DNA from: an uncultured candidate division Zixibacteria bacterium
GTDB taxonomy: Bacteria; Zixibacteria; MSB-5A5; UBA10806; 4484-95
DNA: 64,000 nucleotides
Assembly (NCBI GenBank): GCA_963668625.2
Contig: CAXXKA010000008.1
Location: 96,001-160,000 of the forward strand
Direction of reading: 5' to 3'
The notes beneath the pieces were generated by a model, which saw only the letters and a list, made by a program, of their open reading frames with translations, searched no databases and was not told the DNA's origin. Numbering within the stretch: position 1 is the stretch's first letter; every line of letters begins with the position of its first letter. The translations under genes and the position numbers were made by a program. This document shows, piece by piece, positions 32,238 to 41,857 of the stretch.

Positions 32238-32993
32238 ATGCTAATCCTGAGAAAGCCTTTCGCGATCGTATTCTCTTTAGTTATCATGATGGCCGTAACG
32301 GCATCCGCAGAAGGGACTATTAAAGTAGAGGGCAAATCCTCGGTGAAATTCGCGCCGGATGAGGTAACGATTACCGTGGTGGTGGAAAATTTCGATGATA
32401 ACCTTACAACAGCCAGGCTACAGACCGACAAACAGGTGGCCGGTATTTTAAGTGTAGTGCAGGATTACAACGTAAAACCCGGACACGTACAGACCAGCCA
32501 TTTAAACATAAACAAGAGCTATGAAAATTATCAAAAGAAAGATAAAGTCGAGGGTTACCGGATAGCCAAGACTATCTCGATAACTATAACCGATATGTCA
32601 CAGTTCGATAAAATCATCACCGATATACTCGGACTTGGAGCCGAGCAGATTTTCAATATGAAATTCAAATCCTCCCGTTTTCATGAATATCGGAAAGAGG
32701 CTGTAACACTGGCGGTGCGGTCGGCAAAAGATAAGGCTACGGCGATGATCGCGGAACTGGGTAAAAGCCTGGGCGAACCGGTTAATATAACGGAAAATTA
32801 CGCCGAGCTGGTCGATAATAATCCGATGCCATTGAGCTCGAGATACCGTTTTATGGATGATGGCCTTATGATGGGTGGAGCATTCAATGCGGTGTCCAGC
32901 CATGGCGAGAATCAATCATATGGAACGGCCAGTATGGCTTCCGGGCAGTTGGTAATTAATGCCTCGGTGACAGTTGAGTTTTTGATAGAGTAA
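32238..32993 (+). CDS. SIMPL (DUF541) periplasmic protein
   Basis: Signal peptide; I.V.G......PD, A...AK.KA and V.V.F motifs. Confidence 0.88.
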   Translation: MLILRKPFAIVFSLVIMMAVTASAEGTIKVEGKSSVKFAPDEVTITVVVENFDDNLTTARLQTDKQVAGILSVVQDYNVKPGHVQTSHLNINKSYENYQKKDKVEGYRIAKTISITITDMSQFDKIITDILGLGAEQIFNMKFKSSRFHEYRKEAVTLAVRSAKDKATAMIAELGKSLGEPVNITENYAELVDNNPMPLSSRYRFMDDGLMMGGAFNAVSSHGENQSYGTASMASGQLVINASVTVEFLIE

Positions 32994-33019
32994 CAGATCA
33001 CTTTAGAACCATACCATCA

Positions 33020-33166
33020 GGGCTTGTTGAGAAGTCCTTATTAAAGACTTGAGGTGGCAGGAATCATTTCCTGCTGCCGGCTATTATGCAGTATGTCGCC
33101 GGGAAAGGATGAACAAAGGACTTCGTCCGCCCAGCGACGCGTGTAAATAGGCTTTTTCAACAACTC
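33020..33166. mobile_element. MITE family B (~145 bp)
   Basis: Ends GGGCTTGTTGAGAAG / CTTTTTCAACAACTCC; two internal hairpins; homologous to 41136-41283. Confidence 0.8.
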
Positions 33167-33168
33167 CA

Positions 33169-34158
33169 TCATGTTCGGTTTTCACGATTAACATTGATTA
33201 TCACTTTACCCCGGGCATGTCCCTCTATGAGATACCCGATAGCCTGTGGCACCTCCGCTAACGAATAGCGTTTGTCTATAACCGGTTTTACTTTGCCGGT
33301 TTCTAAAAGCTCTGCCATGAAATTCAGATCATCCCCGTTAGGATGTTCCACGAACGTTCTCATCCTCTTACCGCCACTGATCGAAAGCAGTGGCGCGAGC
33401 GCTATTGCTTGAAACATCTGGGCTCCGTCGCCACCCGACATGACATATATGCCGTTATCGGTTAAAGCACGCCTGTAGCGCCATAAAGGCTGAAATCCGT
33501 TGACAGCGTAAATGATATCGTAGCGCTGGCCGCTCTCGGTGAAATCAGTTTTAGTATAATCGATCACATGATCCGCGCCGAGTGAACGCGCCATCACTAA
33601 TTTCCCGGTGCTACAAACAGCGGTAGTTTCAGCCCCGAATACTTTAGCGAGTTGCACCGCAAAAGTACCTACTCCCCCCGAGGCGCCGTTTATCAACACT
33701 TTCTGCCCTGGCTTTATACGCGCCTTATCGCGTAGCCCCTGGAGGGCCGTGAGCGCCGCCATCGGTACGGCAGCCGCCTCCTCGAAAGTGATACCGGCAG
33801 GTTTCAATGCCAGTAATTTCTCGCTGGTACAAGCGTACTCGGCAAATCCCCCGATTCCGCGAATGGAGGTATCTCCGAAAACCTCATCCCCCGGCTTGAA
33901 TTTCGTGACCTTTGCTCCAACCGATTCGACCCGACCGGCTATATCGGCTCCCAGTATTTGATACTTGGGCTTGAACAAGCCAAATCCGCTGAGACGAACG
34001 AGAAACGGATCGGCTTTTAACACATGCCAATCGAACGCGTTTACCGAGGCCGCTTGAACTTTCACCAGTATCTCATCAGCTCTAGGAGTTGGCCTTACTC
34101 TCTCCTCAAGCCTGAGCACATCCGGCGAACCGTATTTATGATAGACAATTGCTTTCAT
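33169..34158 (-). CDS. NAD(P)-dependent MDR oxidoreductase (quinone reductase-like)
   Basis: YGSPDVL, VLINGASGGVG, GADHVIDY, GHARGKVII. Confidence 0.92.
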   Translation of the reverse strand: MKAIVYHKYGSPDVLRLEERVRPTPRADEILVKVQAASVNAFDWHVLKADPFLVRLSGFGLFKPKYQILGADIAGRVESVGAKVTKFKPGDEVFGDTSIRGIGGFAEYACTSEKLLALKPAGITFEEAAAVPMAALTALQGLRDKARIKPGQKVLINGASGGVGTFAVQLAKVFGAETTAVCSTGKLVMARSLGADHVIDYTKTDFTESGQRYDIIYAVNGFQPLWRYRRALTDNGIYVMSGGDGAQMFQAIALAPLLSISGGKRMRTFVEHPNGDDLNFMAELLETGKVKPVIDKRYSLAEVPQAIGYLIEGHARGKVIINVNRENRT

Positions 34159-34621
34159 GATCTTATTCTACCTTTTATTAAGTAATACTTACTGTTTCAT
34201 TACTCATATTTACCCCGGATAAGTTCCTGTGTAAGCCATATTTGGCATGGTAAATAATACTATGCAAATAGTACATATTCGTCAAACAAACGAAGTTATT
34301 TATTTATCTTTTCTTGACGAAATACTGCATGAATATATCAGGCAGGAAAGGATTCCTTCCTGCTCAGTGAATTACTATTATCCGGCCATTCTTTCTCGTT
34401 GCGAAGCGCCGCTTCGCAACGTGGCTGGCATGCCGGTAAAAGACGCATGTTACATGACTCAAGAAGGTTTCCAAGCAGCGCGTGGAAAGCATGAGAAATT
34501 AAGCGTTGGCGCGGTGGCAGGAAAGTAACTATGTTATCAAAAGCTTGAGCCTCAGTCATTCGGATTGTATTGTTATTTTGACAAACATTCAACAATCAAC
34601 ACGAACAAACAGGAGGCTCAA

Positions 34622-35680
34622 ATGCCATGTTACAACAAAATCGAGCGTGAAGCCAACACTATTTACGTTGGTATTGACGTTCATAAGCGGAGTTGGCATG
34701 TAACAATGCGAACAACTGAGCAAGAGTTATGGAAAGGCAGTATTGCAGCTGATTGGGAAGTATTGAAAAAAGTATTGGGGCGTTATTCCGATTGTGACAT
34801 TTCGGTAGTTTACGAAGCCGGTTTTAGTGGTTTCTGGTTATATGACAAACTGGTAGCCTGGGGAGCGTCATGTATAGTGACTCCGCCGAGTTTGATTCCT
34901 TCTGAATACGGCAATCGGGTCAAAACTGATCGCCTCGACAGTGCCAAGCTTGCTTTACTACTTTCCCGTAGTATGCTCAAGGCAGTATGGGTACCTGATG
35001 TCGAAGCGCGTGGTCATCGCCAGGTATTGCGTCGCCGTCGCCAGTTGGTCAGCGACCGGGTCCGTATTCAATGCCGTATCAAGAGTGAGTTAGCCTGTTT
35101 CGGTCTATCTCTGCCGACAATTAGCGGCAAGTGGACGGAGACATTCGAACAGCATTTATGGCAGTTGCGTTTTAGTGATCGCTGGCAGACAGAGAGTTTT
35201 CAGAGGTTACTGACACAGTATCGGCTGGTGAGTGAATTGATTACTCAACAGACACGGTTATTGAAAGAATTGTCAAAACTGGATCGTTATCGGGAAGCGG
35301 TTGAGCGTCTACGTAGTGTTCCGGGCATCGGCTTGTTAACGGCGATGGAACTATTATTGGAGTTAGGGGACTTCAGCCGATTTAGTCGAGGAAGCCAATT
35401 GGCCGCCTACGTGGGCTTGACTCCAAGCCAATATTCCTCCGGTGACAAGGTTCGACTAGGACGAATCACCAGGATCGGCAAACCGCAGTTACGGTCGAAT
35501 CTGATCGAAGCCTCCTGGATTTTGATCAGGAAGGATCCGGCCCAGGCTCAGCGTTATCAACAGCTCAAGTGGCGGTGTGGTTCCAAACGAGCCATTGTGG
35601 CCAGTGCCCGCCGTCTACTGTTAATCGTACGGCGTCTGATGCTTGACCATCAGAGCTATCGAATCCAAACCGCAGCATAA
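34622..35680 (+). CDS. IS110-family recombinase/transposase
   Basis: DEDD residues (GIDVHK, YEAG, KTDRLD), VPGIG, GLTPSQYSSG serine loop; AGGAGG RBS at 34611. Confidence 0.96.
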   Translation: MPCYNKIEREANTIYVGIDVHKRSWHVTMRTTEQELWKGSIAADWEVLKKVLGRYSDCDISVVYEAGFSGFWLYDKLVAWGASCIVTPPSLIPSEYGNRVKTDRLDSAKLALLLSRSMLKAVWVPDVEARGHRQVLRRRRQLVSDRVRIQCRIKSELACFGLSLPTISGKWTETFEQHLWQLRFSDRWQTESFQRLLTQYRLVSELITQQTRLLKELSKLDRYREAVERLRSVPGIGLLTAMELLLELGDFSRFSRGSQLAAYVGLTPSQYSSGDKVRLGRITRIGKPQLRSNLIEASWILIRKDPAQAQRYQQLKWRCGSKRAIVASARRLLLIVRRLMLDHQSYRIQTAA

Positions 35681-35704
35681 AAAAGAGATAATTAGTTTAC
35701 AATA

Positions 35705-35905
35705 TCTGAGTTTGGAGAATGGCGAAGGAATCCTTGTGGCTTAACAACAGACCGCGCAGGAAAGGGTGTCATCTCCCCTGGTAATAATCTCGGATTGATT
35801 AATTGTGGCTGTGTTTGAGGGCCAGACCACGAATAGCAGGGTGACTATTATCGGCAATGTCTAACAGTGGCAGCATGTTGTAGTTTAAACATGGGTATTC
35901 TGCGT
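35705..35905 (+). ncRNA. Candidate bridge RNA / seekRNA of the IS element (ends approximate)
   Basis: Two parallel modules TTGTGGCT-loop-AGACCRC-[9 nt]-GGTG; the 9-mers match the target left flank (GCAGGAAAG, 9/9) and the donor junction (ATAGCAG, 7/9). Confidence 0.8.
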
Positions 35906-35957
35906 TTTATTAAGAAAAGGAGAAATCGATATAACAATACTAACCGAACAATATCAC

Positions 35958-35963
35958 TTGACA
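35958..35963 (+). promoter_or_regulatory. -35 half of circle-junction promoter (pairs with -10 TATGTT at 34530-34535)
   Basis: TTGACA + 13 nt right end + 4 nt left end = 17-bp spacer to TATGTT. Confidence 0.8.
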
Positions 35964-36102
35964 TGATACATAGCAGGATTTTTGCCACCACAGAGTTTTT
36001 TTCAACATTCGCAACGAGAAGATTAAGTCCGGGCACGAGTGAAAACATGATGAATATAGTATGGATCGAGGATTTAGAAATACAGTCAATTCGAATACGA
36101 TT

Positions 36103-36942
36103 CTAAGATAGCGACAGCACTCTAATCAGATTTTCGCAACCGCCGTTAGCGATATATTCCGAATGTTCGTTTATAGAATTAAAACTGCGTCCGCATATCT
36201 CGCGACACAATATTTTTTGGTTGGTTTCATCATAAAACGCTTTTAAAATATTCTCCGCTTCCTGATTCCGAATTGCGGACTTATCATTTCCCTGCTCTCT
36301 GTACAGGCCAAGAGTTTTTAACCATAAAGTTGCCGCCAGTGCGCCGCACCCGTTACCACTCAAGCCCATGCCTCCGGCAAATCCGGAAACCATGGTTCTC
36401 TCCTCATCACTGGCTCCCATCTTCGTAGCAATCTCGGAGGCGCAGCTTACGGGCGGCTGAGATAAATTATCAGGTATACTTGATAAGCCCTCATAGGCGG
36501 CCTCGATTGCCTCCGGGGCCCATTTCTCGGACAGGTTGGAACAGTTACGGAATTTGCCGGTTATGAAATATTTTACGATACTGAGCTTACTCGACCAATT
36601 ACAGCCAGTGATATCAAGACAATCGGAGCTGCTTGTTCTTTGCACGAATGATTTCATGAGATTTTGAGTGGCTGCTATGGCGACAGCAATCGCCTGTCCG
36701 CGATTATCGTACCTTCGATAAGCCTCCGCTCCCACGGCCAGACTCGTACCCCAGAGCATCCCGCACTGATATCCTTTCTTCATGATTCCTCCGGCAAGCG
36801 AATCTGCGGCATGTTCCTCCTCCTCTTTTGGATAGCCGAATTCGCGGTTGAGTATGTAAAAGAAAGTGCGCGAGCAGGTACCTAATTTCTTGAATGTTTT
36901 TTTTACGTCTAGAAGTGCAGTCGTTGAATCGTTTTTACTCAA
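36103..36942 (-). CDS. C-GCAxxG-C-C family putative redox protein (two tandem domains)
   Basis: CS...GG....G.QCG...C and CA...GG.G.SGNGCGA...C...C repeats. Confidence 0.85.
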   Translation of the reverse strand: MSKNDSTTALLDVKKTFKKLGTCSRTFFYILNREFGYPKEEEEHAADSLAGGIMKKGYQCGMLWGTSLAVGAEAYRRYDNRGQAIAVAIAATQNLMKSFVQRTSSSDCLDITGCNWSSKLSIVKYFITGKFRNCSNLSEKWAPEAIEAAYEGLSSIPDNLSQPPVSCASEIATKMGASDEERTMVSGFAGGMGLSGNGCGALAATLWLKTLGLYREQGNDKSAIRNQEAENILKAFYDETNQKILCREICGRSFNSINEHSEYIANGGCENLIRVLSLS

Positions 36943-37046
36943 TTGTGCCGCCTTAATATTAGTTTATTTTGGGTTTTAATCACATATCGATTAAACATTC
37001 GATACGATTATAAGTTCCTTGTCTGTAATTATCAACATAATTGTTT

Positions 37047-37525
37047 TTAACCGGCATCCCTCATATTCAAACATTCAAGCCAACCGATATCGAACCTTTT
37101 CGATATCCTGATCGCCTTTGTCGGGCATGCGTTTATGCAGGTATTGCAGAGTATACATCCCGAGGACAGAACTTGTTTGTTGATTTTGGCGTATTCCAAC
37201 AAGCGGATATCCATCGAACACTTTTTCTCGCATAATCCGCAGTTGTTGCATTTATCGAGATCAATCTGTTGTTTCATCATCGATGATCAGCCGGTAATTT
37301 TCTGCGTAACAGGTATCGGGCAGAGGTATTTGCAGAATGCTCCGTTATCTTTAAAAACAATCGCCAGTACTATAGCCGAGATATAATAAAACGCATTACC
37401 AATTTGTAGCCAGGCCGATTCATCCTCGTGATGTTGTTATGTGCCGTAATCATATATGTATAGAAGTGTTGCTATAATTGTTACAACGATCGCGAAATGA
37501 ACGTATCTTATCAATCCGAAATAGG
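37047..37525 (-). pseudogene. Degraded 4Fe-4S-binding membrane protein (NapH/polyferredoxin-like C-terminus)
   Basis: AFCKYLCP, then in-frame TGA, then CNNCGLCEKKC and CILCNTCINACP; upstream frameshift and missing 5' part. Confidence 0.8.
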
Positions 37526-37786
37526 GTCATAATGCAAATTCCGGGAGTTATAGTAAACAGCTTATTTTTAGATTTAACCTGTAGCTCGTTAATTCGATTT
37601 TAAGACAAATAACAACATTAACATGTTAGTATACGATACGACATATCATTAAAAAGGTTTTAGCAAATAATTCGGTGATGATCAAACTTTTAGCATCTGC
37701 TAGTATCGCTTGGATTGAAACATGCTTTTTGGTTTACATTATAGTAATGTTTATATTAATTACTCTATCATGGAAGCTAATGATAA

Positions 37787-38638
37787 TTGAGTTACGGAGA
37801 AATACGAAATCGAGGGATTCCAATGAGTGTGACTAATCCATACATAAACCAGTTGATCGTGTTCAACCCGCTTATTAAACCGATCATCGAAAAAGCGATT
37901 AAGGCTCTGGATCTTCCCCAGGGCAGCCATGGGCTTGATGCCGGCTGCGGAGCTGGTTTGCATACGGTGTTGTTTTCAAACGCTGTCGGTAATTCTGGTC
38001 GTATAACCGGTCTGGATATATCTCCCGAGTTCATAGCATTTGCCGAAGATTATATAAAAGATCGCGGTCTTTCACGGAAAATATCGTTCAAAGTTGGGGA
38101 TGTTGCCAATCCACCATTTGAAAACGATACATTCGACTGGGTTTGGAGTTCCGACTGCGTGGGCTACGCGCCCTCCATTGAACCATCAAGGACGCTGGCG
38201 GAATTAGTACGGGTAACTAAGCCGGGCGGCGTCATCGCATTATTCGCCTGGTCATCGGAGATGTTACTGCCGGGCTATCCGAGACTCGAGGCCAGGTTGA
38301 AAGCCACAACCTCCGGTATCGCCCCTTTTACCGATGGTATGTCCCCGGACAGGCATTTCTCTCGCGCTATTGGCTGGTTTTCAGAACTCGGATTAAGGGA
38401 TATTAAAGCTCGGTCTTTCATTTATGATTTCTCGGCGCCCCTCGGTGACGATATTCGGAAAGCCCTGGTATCGCTTTTCGAGATGCGTTGGGCCGGCGGG
38501 GAAAAAGAGCTTTCGGAAAAGGACAAGCAAGAATACCAACGCCTGTGCTTACCGAACTCACCCGACTTGATCTTGAACGATCCTCATTATTACGGTTATT
38601 GTATCTGCACGATGTTTACCGGTATTGCGCCCCGGTAA
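37787..38638 (+). CDS. Class I SAM-dependent methyltransferase
   Basis: LDAGCGAG, GLDIS, FDWV, RVTKPGG. Confidence 0.9.
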   Translation: MSYGEIRNRGIPMSVTNPYINQLIVFNPLIKPIIEKAIKALDLPQGSHGLDAGCGAGLHTVLFSNAVGNSGRITGLDISPEFIAFAEDYIKDRGLSRKISFKVGDVANPPFENDTFDWVWSSDCVGYAPSIEPSRTLAELVRVTKPGGVIALFAWSSEMLLPGYPRLEARLKATTSGIAPFTDGMSPDRHFSRAIGWFSELGLRDIKARSFIYDFSAPLGDDIRKALVSLFEMRWAGGEKELSEKDKQEYQRLCLPNSPDLILNDPHYYGYCICTMFTGIAPR

Positions 38639-38792
38639 TATTTAAAGATTTGCTCGTTCTATATAATAAATCATCTTTACGATTATATTTACCAATAAGT
38701 TAATATCAACGGATTTTGAAACATCACTTTTTTATTCACCTAAACGCTTGCCCTGCCGATAATTAGATTAAACGAATTCGCAAGAGGAGAGA

Positions 38793-39092
38793 ATGGAACA
38801 CAAACTTATAGATTCCGGCTGGAGTTCACCGGAGGAGCTGCGCGATCTTATCAAAGGCCAGGAGCCGGAGGGCTGGAGCGTGGCGGCTATCGGGGATTTA
38901 TTCGGCGAGGACATCATGGTTATGGTTCGGTTCAATGAGACACCATCCAACCATGAGGTTATCCCGGTGGATGTCAGTTCGATGCCTGAACTGAAACTGG
39001 TGATCGCCGAGAAAATAGCCGAGGGGTACGAATTCTGTGCTATCGGCGAATGTTCCGGTAAGCCGATTATTGTTGCCAAGAAAAAAGAATGA
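38793..39092 (+). CDS. Hypothetical protein
   Basis: GAGGAG RBS; 99 aa; internal repeat EGW..AAIG / EGY..CAIG. Confidence 0.7.
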   Translation: MEHKLIDSGWSSPEELRDLIKGQEPEGWSVAAIGDLFGEDIMVMVRFNETPSNHEVIPVDVSSMPELKLVIAEKIAEGYEFCAIGECSGKPIIVAKKKE

Positions 39093-39201
39093 CGGTATAA
39101 TAATATCGGATTTCGCTGATACAAACCCGCATCACAAGCTGCCTTATATTTTTTAAATAACTGCTTTATAATTTATGTTGTGTTAATATTATCGGTAACC
39201 T

Positions 39202-39822
39202 TTGACGAGGAGTAGTGAGATGCGAAAGTTTTATCAAAACAGGAACGTCATATTATGGTCGGCTGTATGCGCGTGTGTCGCTTTAAGCCTGGTATTATCA
39301 AGCTGCCAGAACGAGGAAACATCCCCGGAGAAACTGGTAAAAAGCCGATATGACACCAGCCCATCCAAATCGCAGGAGATAGAATATAACATGACCGATA
39401 CTCAGTGCGGTATCGAGATCGATTCGATCAGCGATTGCCTGAATATGGGAATTGAAGCTGATATTATCGATATACCTTTCAATCTCGATTGTATCAAATG
39501 GGGATACACCAGTGATAAAAAGCTTCACTTTCATCACGCGAACGCCGGATTCAACTGCTGTCCAGAGTTGGATAAAACAATCGAGATACACGCCGATACG
39601 ATTGTGATTACGGAGATCGAACTGAGCGGCGATTGCGACTGCCTGTGCTTATTCGATTTATACTATACTATATCAAACCTGAGAGTCGGCGTGTATCATA
39701 TCAAGGTGATCGAACCCTATGTAGAGGAGAGAGATGAGCCGCTGGAATTTACGATCGACCTGAGGCATAATAACGATGGTGATTTCTGTCTCGAGCGAGA
39801 ATATTATCCGTGGGGAGAATGA
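39202..39822 (+). CDS. Cys-rich putative lipoprotein
   Basis: Lipobox LSSC; FNCC...CDCLCLFDL motif; likely ATG at 39220 (GAGGAG upstream). Confidence 0.72.
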   Translation: MTRSSEMRKFYQNRNVILWSAVCACVALSLVLSSCQNEETSPEKLVKSRYDTSPSKSQEIEYNMTDTQCGIEIDSISDCLNMGIEADIIDIPFNLDCIKWGYTSDKKLHFHHANAGFNCCPELDKTIEIHADTIVITEIELSGDCDCLCLFDLYYTISNLRVGVYHIKVIEPYVEERDEPLEFTIDLRHNNDGDFCLEREYYPWGE

Positions 39823-39961
39823 ATTATTAAAGCTGAAACGCAGGTTATGTAGAATAATCGTTCTCTAAGCTTAATTAAGCCTCCATATTAAATTTCAGGC
39901 GAAATAAGCCGAAAACTATTTTAGTAGGATTAATAGGGTATACCTTTAAATTGGGGAAATA

Positions 39962-40384
39962 ATGACAGTCCACGCGATTTCGGCAAAATACTATGAACTT
40001 CTGGTTAAGGTTTATCAAAATATCAACAACGATAGCATCAAATGGACTCAGGCCACGAATGCCGACTATTTTACGGCTGAGTTAAATTATCGTTTTAAGA
40101 TAAGGATTTACAAGACTATCGGCAACCTCACGCAGAGGTACATATTTAAAATGTTCGATGACGGCGGACTTAAGGTTTTCGAGGTATCCTCGGATAAAAA
40201 CGGCCGTGATGAGGTGGATGTCGAAGGCGAGAAAGTCAGGGTAACGGATATTCTCGAGGAAATTTACGAATGGGCCAGGGCATTTTCGCTCGATATTATA
40301 GAGAAGGTCGATAAAGCCAGCCAGTTGCTTGATGATATGGCGCGGGATATCGAGGCGACTAAAAACGTGCCCCCGTTCAAATAA
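39962..40384 (+). CDS. Hypothetical protein
   Basis: 140-aa ORF with GGGGA RBS. Confidence 0.68.
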   Translation: MTVHAISAKYYELLVKVYQNINNDSIKWTQATNADYFTAELNYRFKIRIYKTIGNLTQRYIFKMFDDGGLKVFEVSSDKNGRDEVDVEGEKVRVTDILEEIYEWARAFSLDIIEKVDKASQLLDDMARDIEATKNVPPFK

Positions 40385-40447
40385 GATATTTCGTTTAATC
40401 AATTGCTTTTTTATCTCTATATCTTAATATTATATACCTGTTGATAA

Positions 40448-40945
40448 TTGATTTACTCTATCATTAACCGCGAGGATGTGATGATTTCAAAATTAGTTGG
40501 ATTTTTTTCGGATAAGATAGATTTGCAAAAAGACCAGACACCGGCAAACGAGAAGAGTTCGATACGGATCGCAACCTGCGCCCTGCTAATCGAGATGGCC
40601 TCCATCGATGAGGAATTCGACGATGTCGAACGTAAACGTATAGTCGATTATTTCAAGAGCGAATACGGCCTCCCGGATAGCGATATCGAGGAGTTGTTTG
40701 ATTTATCACGCAAGCAGTTGGATAGCAGTATCGATCTCTGGGGATTTACGAACCTGATAAATAAACATTACGATAAGGACCAGAAAATCAAGGTAATCGA
40801 GATGATCTGGGAGGTGGTTTACGCCGATGGCAAGCTTTCGGCGCATGAGGACTACCTGGTGCATAAATTTTATAAGATGCTGAATCTGGCTCACGGCGAT
40901 ATGATAGACGCCAAAATGAGAGTATTGGAGAGATCTAAGAAATAG
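40448..40945 (+). CDS. TerB-family protein
   Basis: ALLIEMA.ID, FT..IN, W.V.YADG....E motifs. Confidence 0.88.
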   Translation: MIYSIINREDVMISKLVGFFSDKIDLQKDQTPANEKSSIRIATCALLIEMASIDEEFDDVERKRIVDYFKSEYGLPDSDIEELFDLSRKQLDSSIDLWGFTNLINKHYDKDQKIKVIEMIWEVVYADGKLSAHEDYLVHKFYKMLNLAHGDMIDAKMRVLERSKK

Positions 40946-41135
40946 TATTCGCGCCCGAGCCGCCGCTGTCATCTTTCTTTAGGATCGTAAAAAGGGTGTA
41001 CTGGTTACAAAACTCCGATTTTATAACCCACCGTTTTCTAAAAACTTTATTCTGTCTCCCCTATATATAAGATAACTAAAGAGAAATAGAGTTAAGTGTT
41101 ATAAAAAGAAAGGGCCGTACCGGATTACCTCCTCC

Positions 41136-41283
41136 GGGGTTGTTGAAAAAGTCCTTGTTGGATGACGGTGGTGTCAGGAATCCATTCCTGACACCTGATT
41201 TCATGCGGCATGTCGCCGGGAAAGGATGAACAAAAGACTTCGTCCGCCCAGCGACACATGAAAAAGGCTTTTTCAACAACCCT
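41136..41283. mobile_element. MITE family B
   Basis: TIR GGGTTGTTGAAAAAG / CTTTTTCAACAACCC; hairpins GGTGTCAGGAAT..ATTCCTGACACC and TGTCGCCGGG..CCCAGCGACA. Confidence 0.85.
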
Positions 41284-41488
41284 CTCGAGGCAAGGGCAGA
41301 TATACGATAGTGCCACTATTGAGAGAATCAGTCGTCGCTGTGGATAATATAATTTACTGCAAATGTTTCGCTTTAAACGTACACACCGGCTAAACCGATG
41401 GTTTTTGAGACCAAATAAAAAAGCGGGATATGTGCTCCCGCCTTTCTTGAGGTATCTTTTATCCTTATGGATATTTATTTCATCAACA

Positions 41489-41752
41489 TCATTCTGCCGG
41501 TGAGGATGGCGTTGAGATATCTATAATCTGCAAGCCGGTGTCATAGACAGCCACGTAGGCATAACTGCCGGAGATCTCGATATCGTATGGATAAGAATCT
41601 AGAGCGATACTGCCAACCTGTGATGGACTGGAGGGATTTGATATATCGACAATATCCAATGTCTGGTCATGATTGGTAATATAAGCATACGAACCAGAAA
41701 CAGTTATACTCGTAGGATTGACAATGGTGTAATACTTACCAGCCTGAATCAG
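41489..41752 (-). pseudogene. LVIVD-repeat protein fragment (not in ORF track)
   Basis: Open frame: ITVSGSYAYI..LDIVDISNPSSP..VG..IEISGSYAYVA..GLQIIDISTPSSP; no ATG or RBS. Confidence 0.8.
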
Positions 41753-41857
41753 TGTATTTCGCTAATATATAGAACCAGGATTTGGATGTATAAAATAGTA
41801 AAACCCGAAAAGGCCAAATTACCTCTCCGGGTTATCAACTAACGGAAAATTTTAATC

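Larger units (their letters stand above)
34526..35976 (+). mobile_element. IS110-family insertion sequence, IS1111-type organisation (1451 bp)
   Basis: Sub-terminal inverted repeats CTATGTTATCA (34529) / TGATACATAG (35964); AG core at both junctions; removal restores hairpin GGTGGCAGGAA-AGGA-TTTTTGCCACC; long 3' non-coding region. Confidence 0.88.
34373..36041. repeat. Variant family-A repeat (arms 34373-34525 and 35977-36041) interrupted by the IS110-family element
   Basis: Left arm follows reverse MITE-A (TCTCGTTGCGAAGCGCCGCTTCGCAACG...); right arm ends TTCGCAACGAG...CCGGGCACGAGTG. Confidence 0.65.

Noticed and set aside
34517-34522. GCAGGA at both IS flanks as a 6-bp target-site duplication
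   Set aside because: The AG-core model better explains the guide match, the upstream empty site and the 17-bp promoter spacing; IS110-family elements typically make no TSD.
37287-37289. In-frame TGA in the 4Fe-4S gene as possible selenocysteine
   Set aside because: Not at a Cys-motif position, and the gene is also frameshifted and truncated; a nonsense mutation is simpler.
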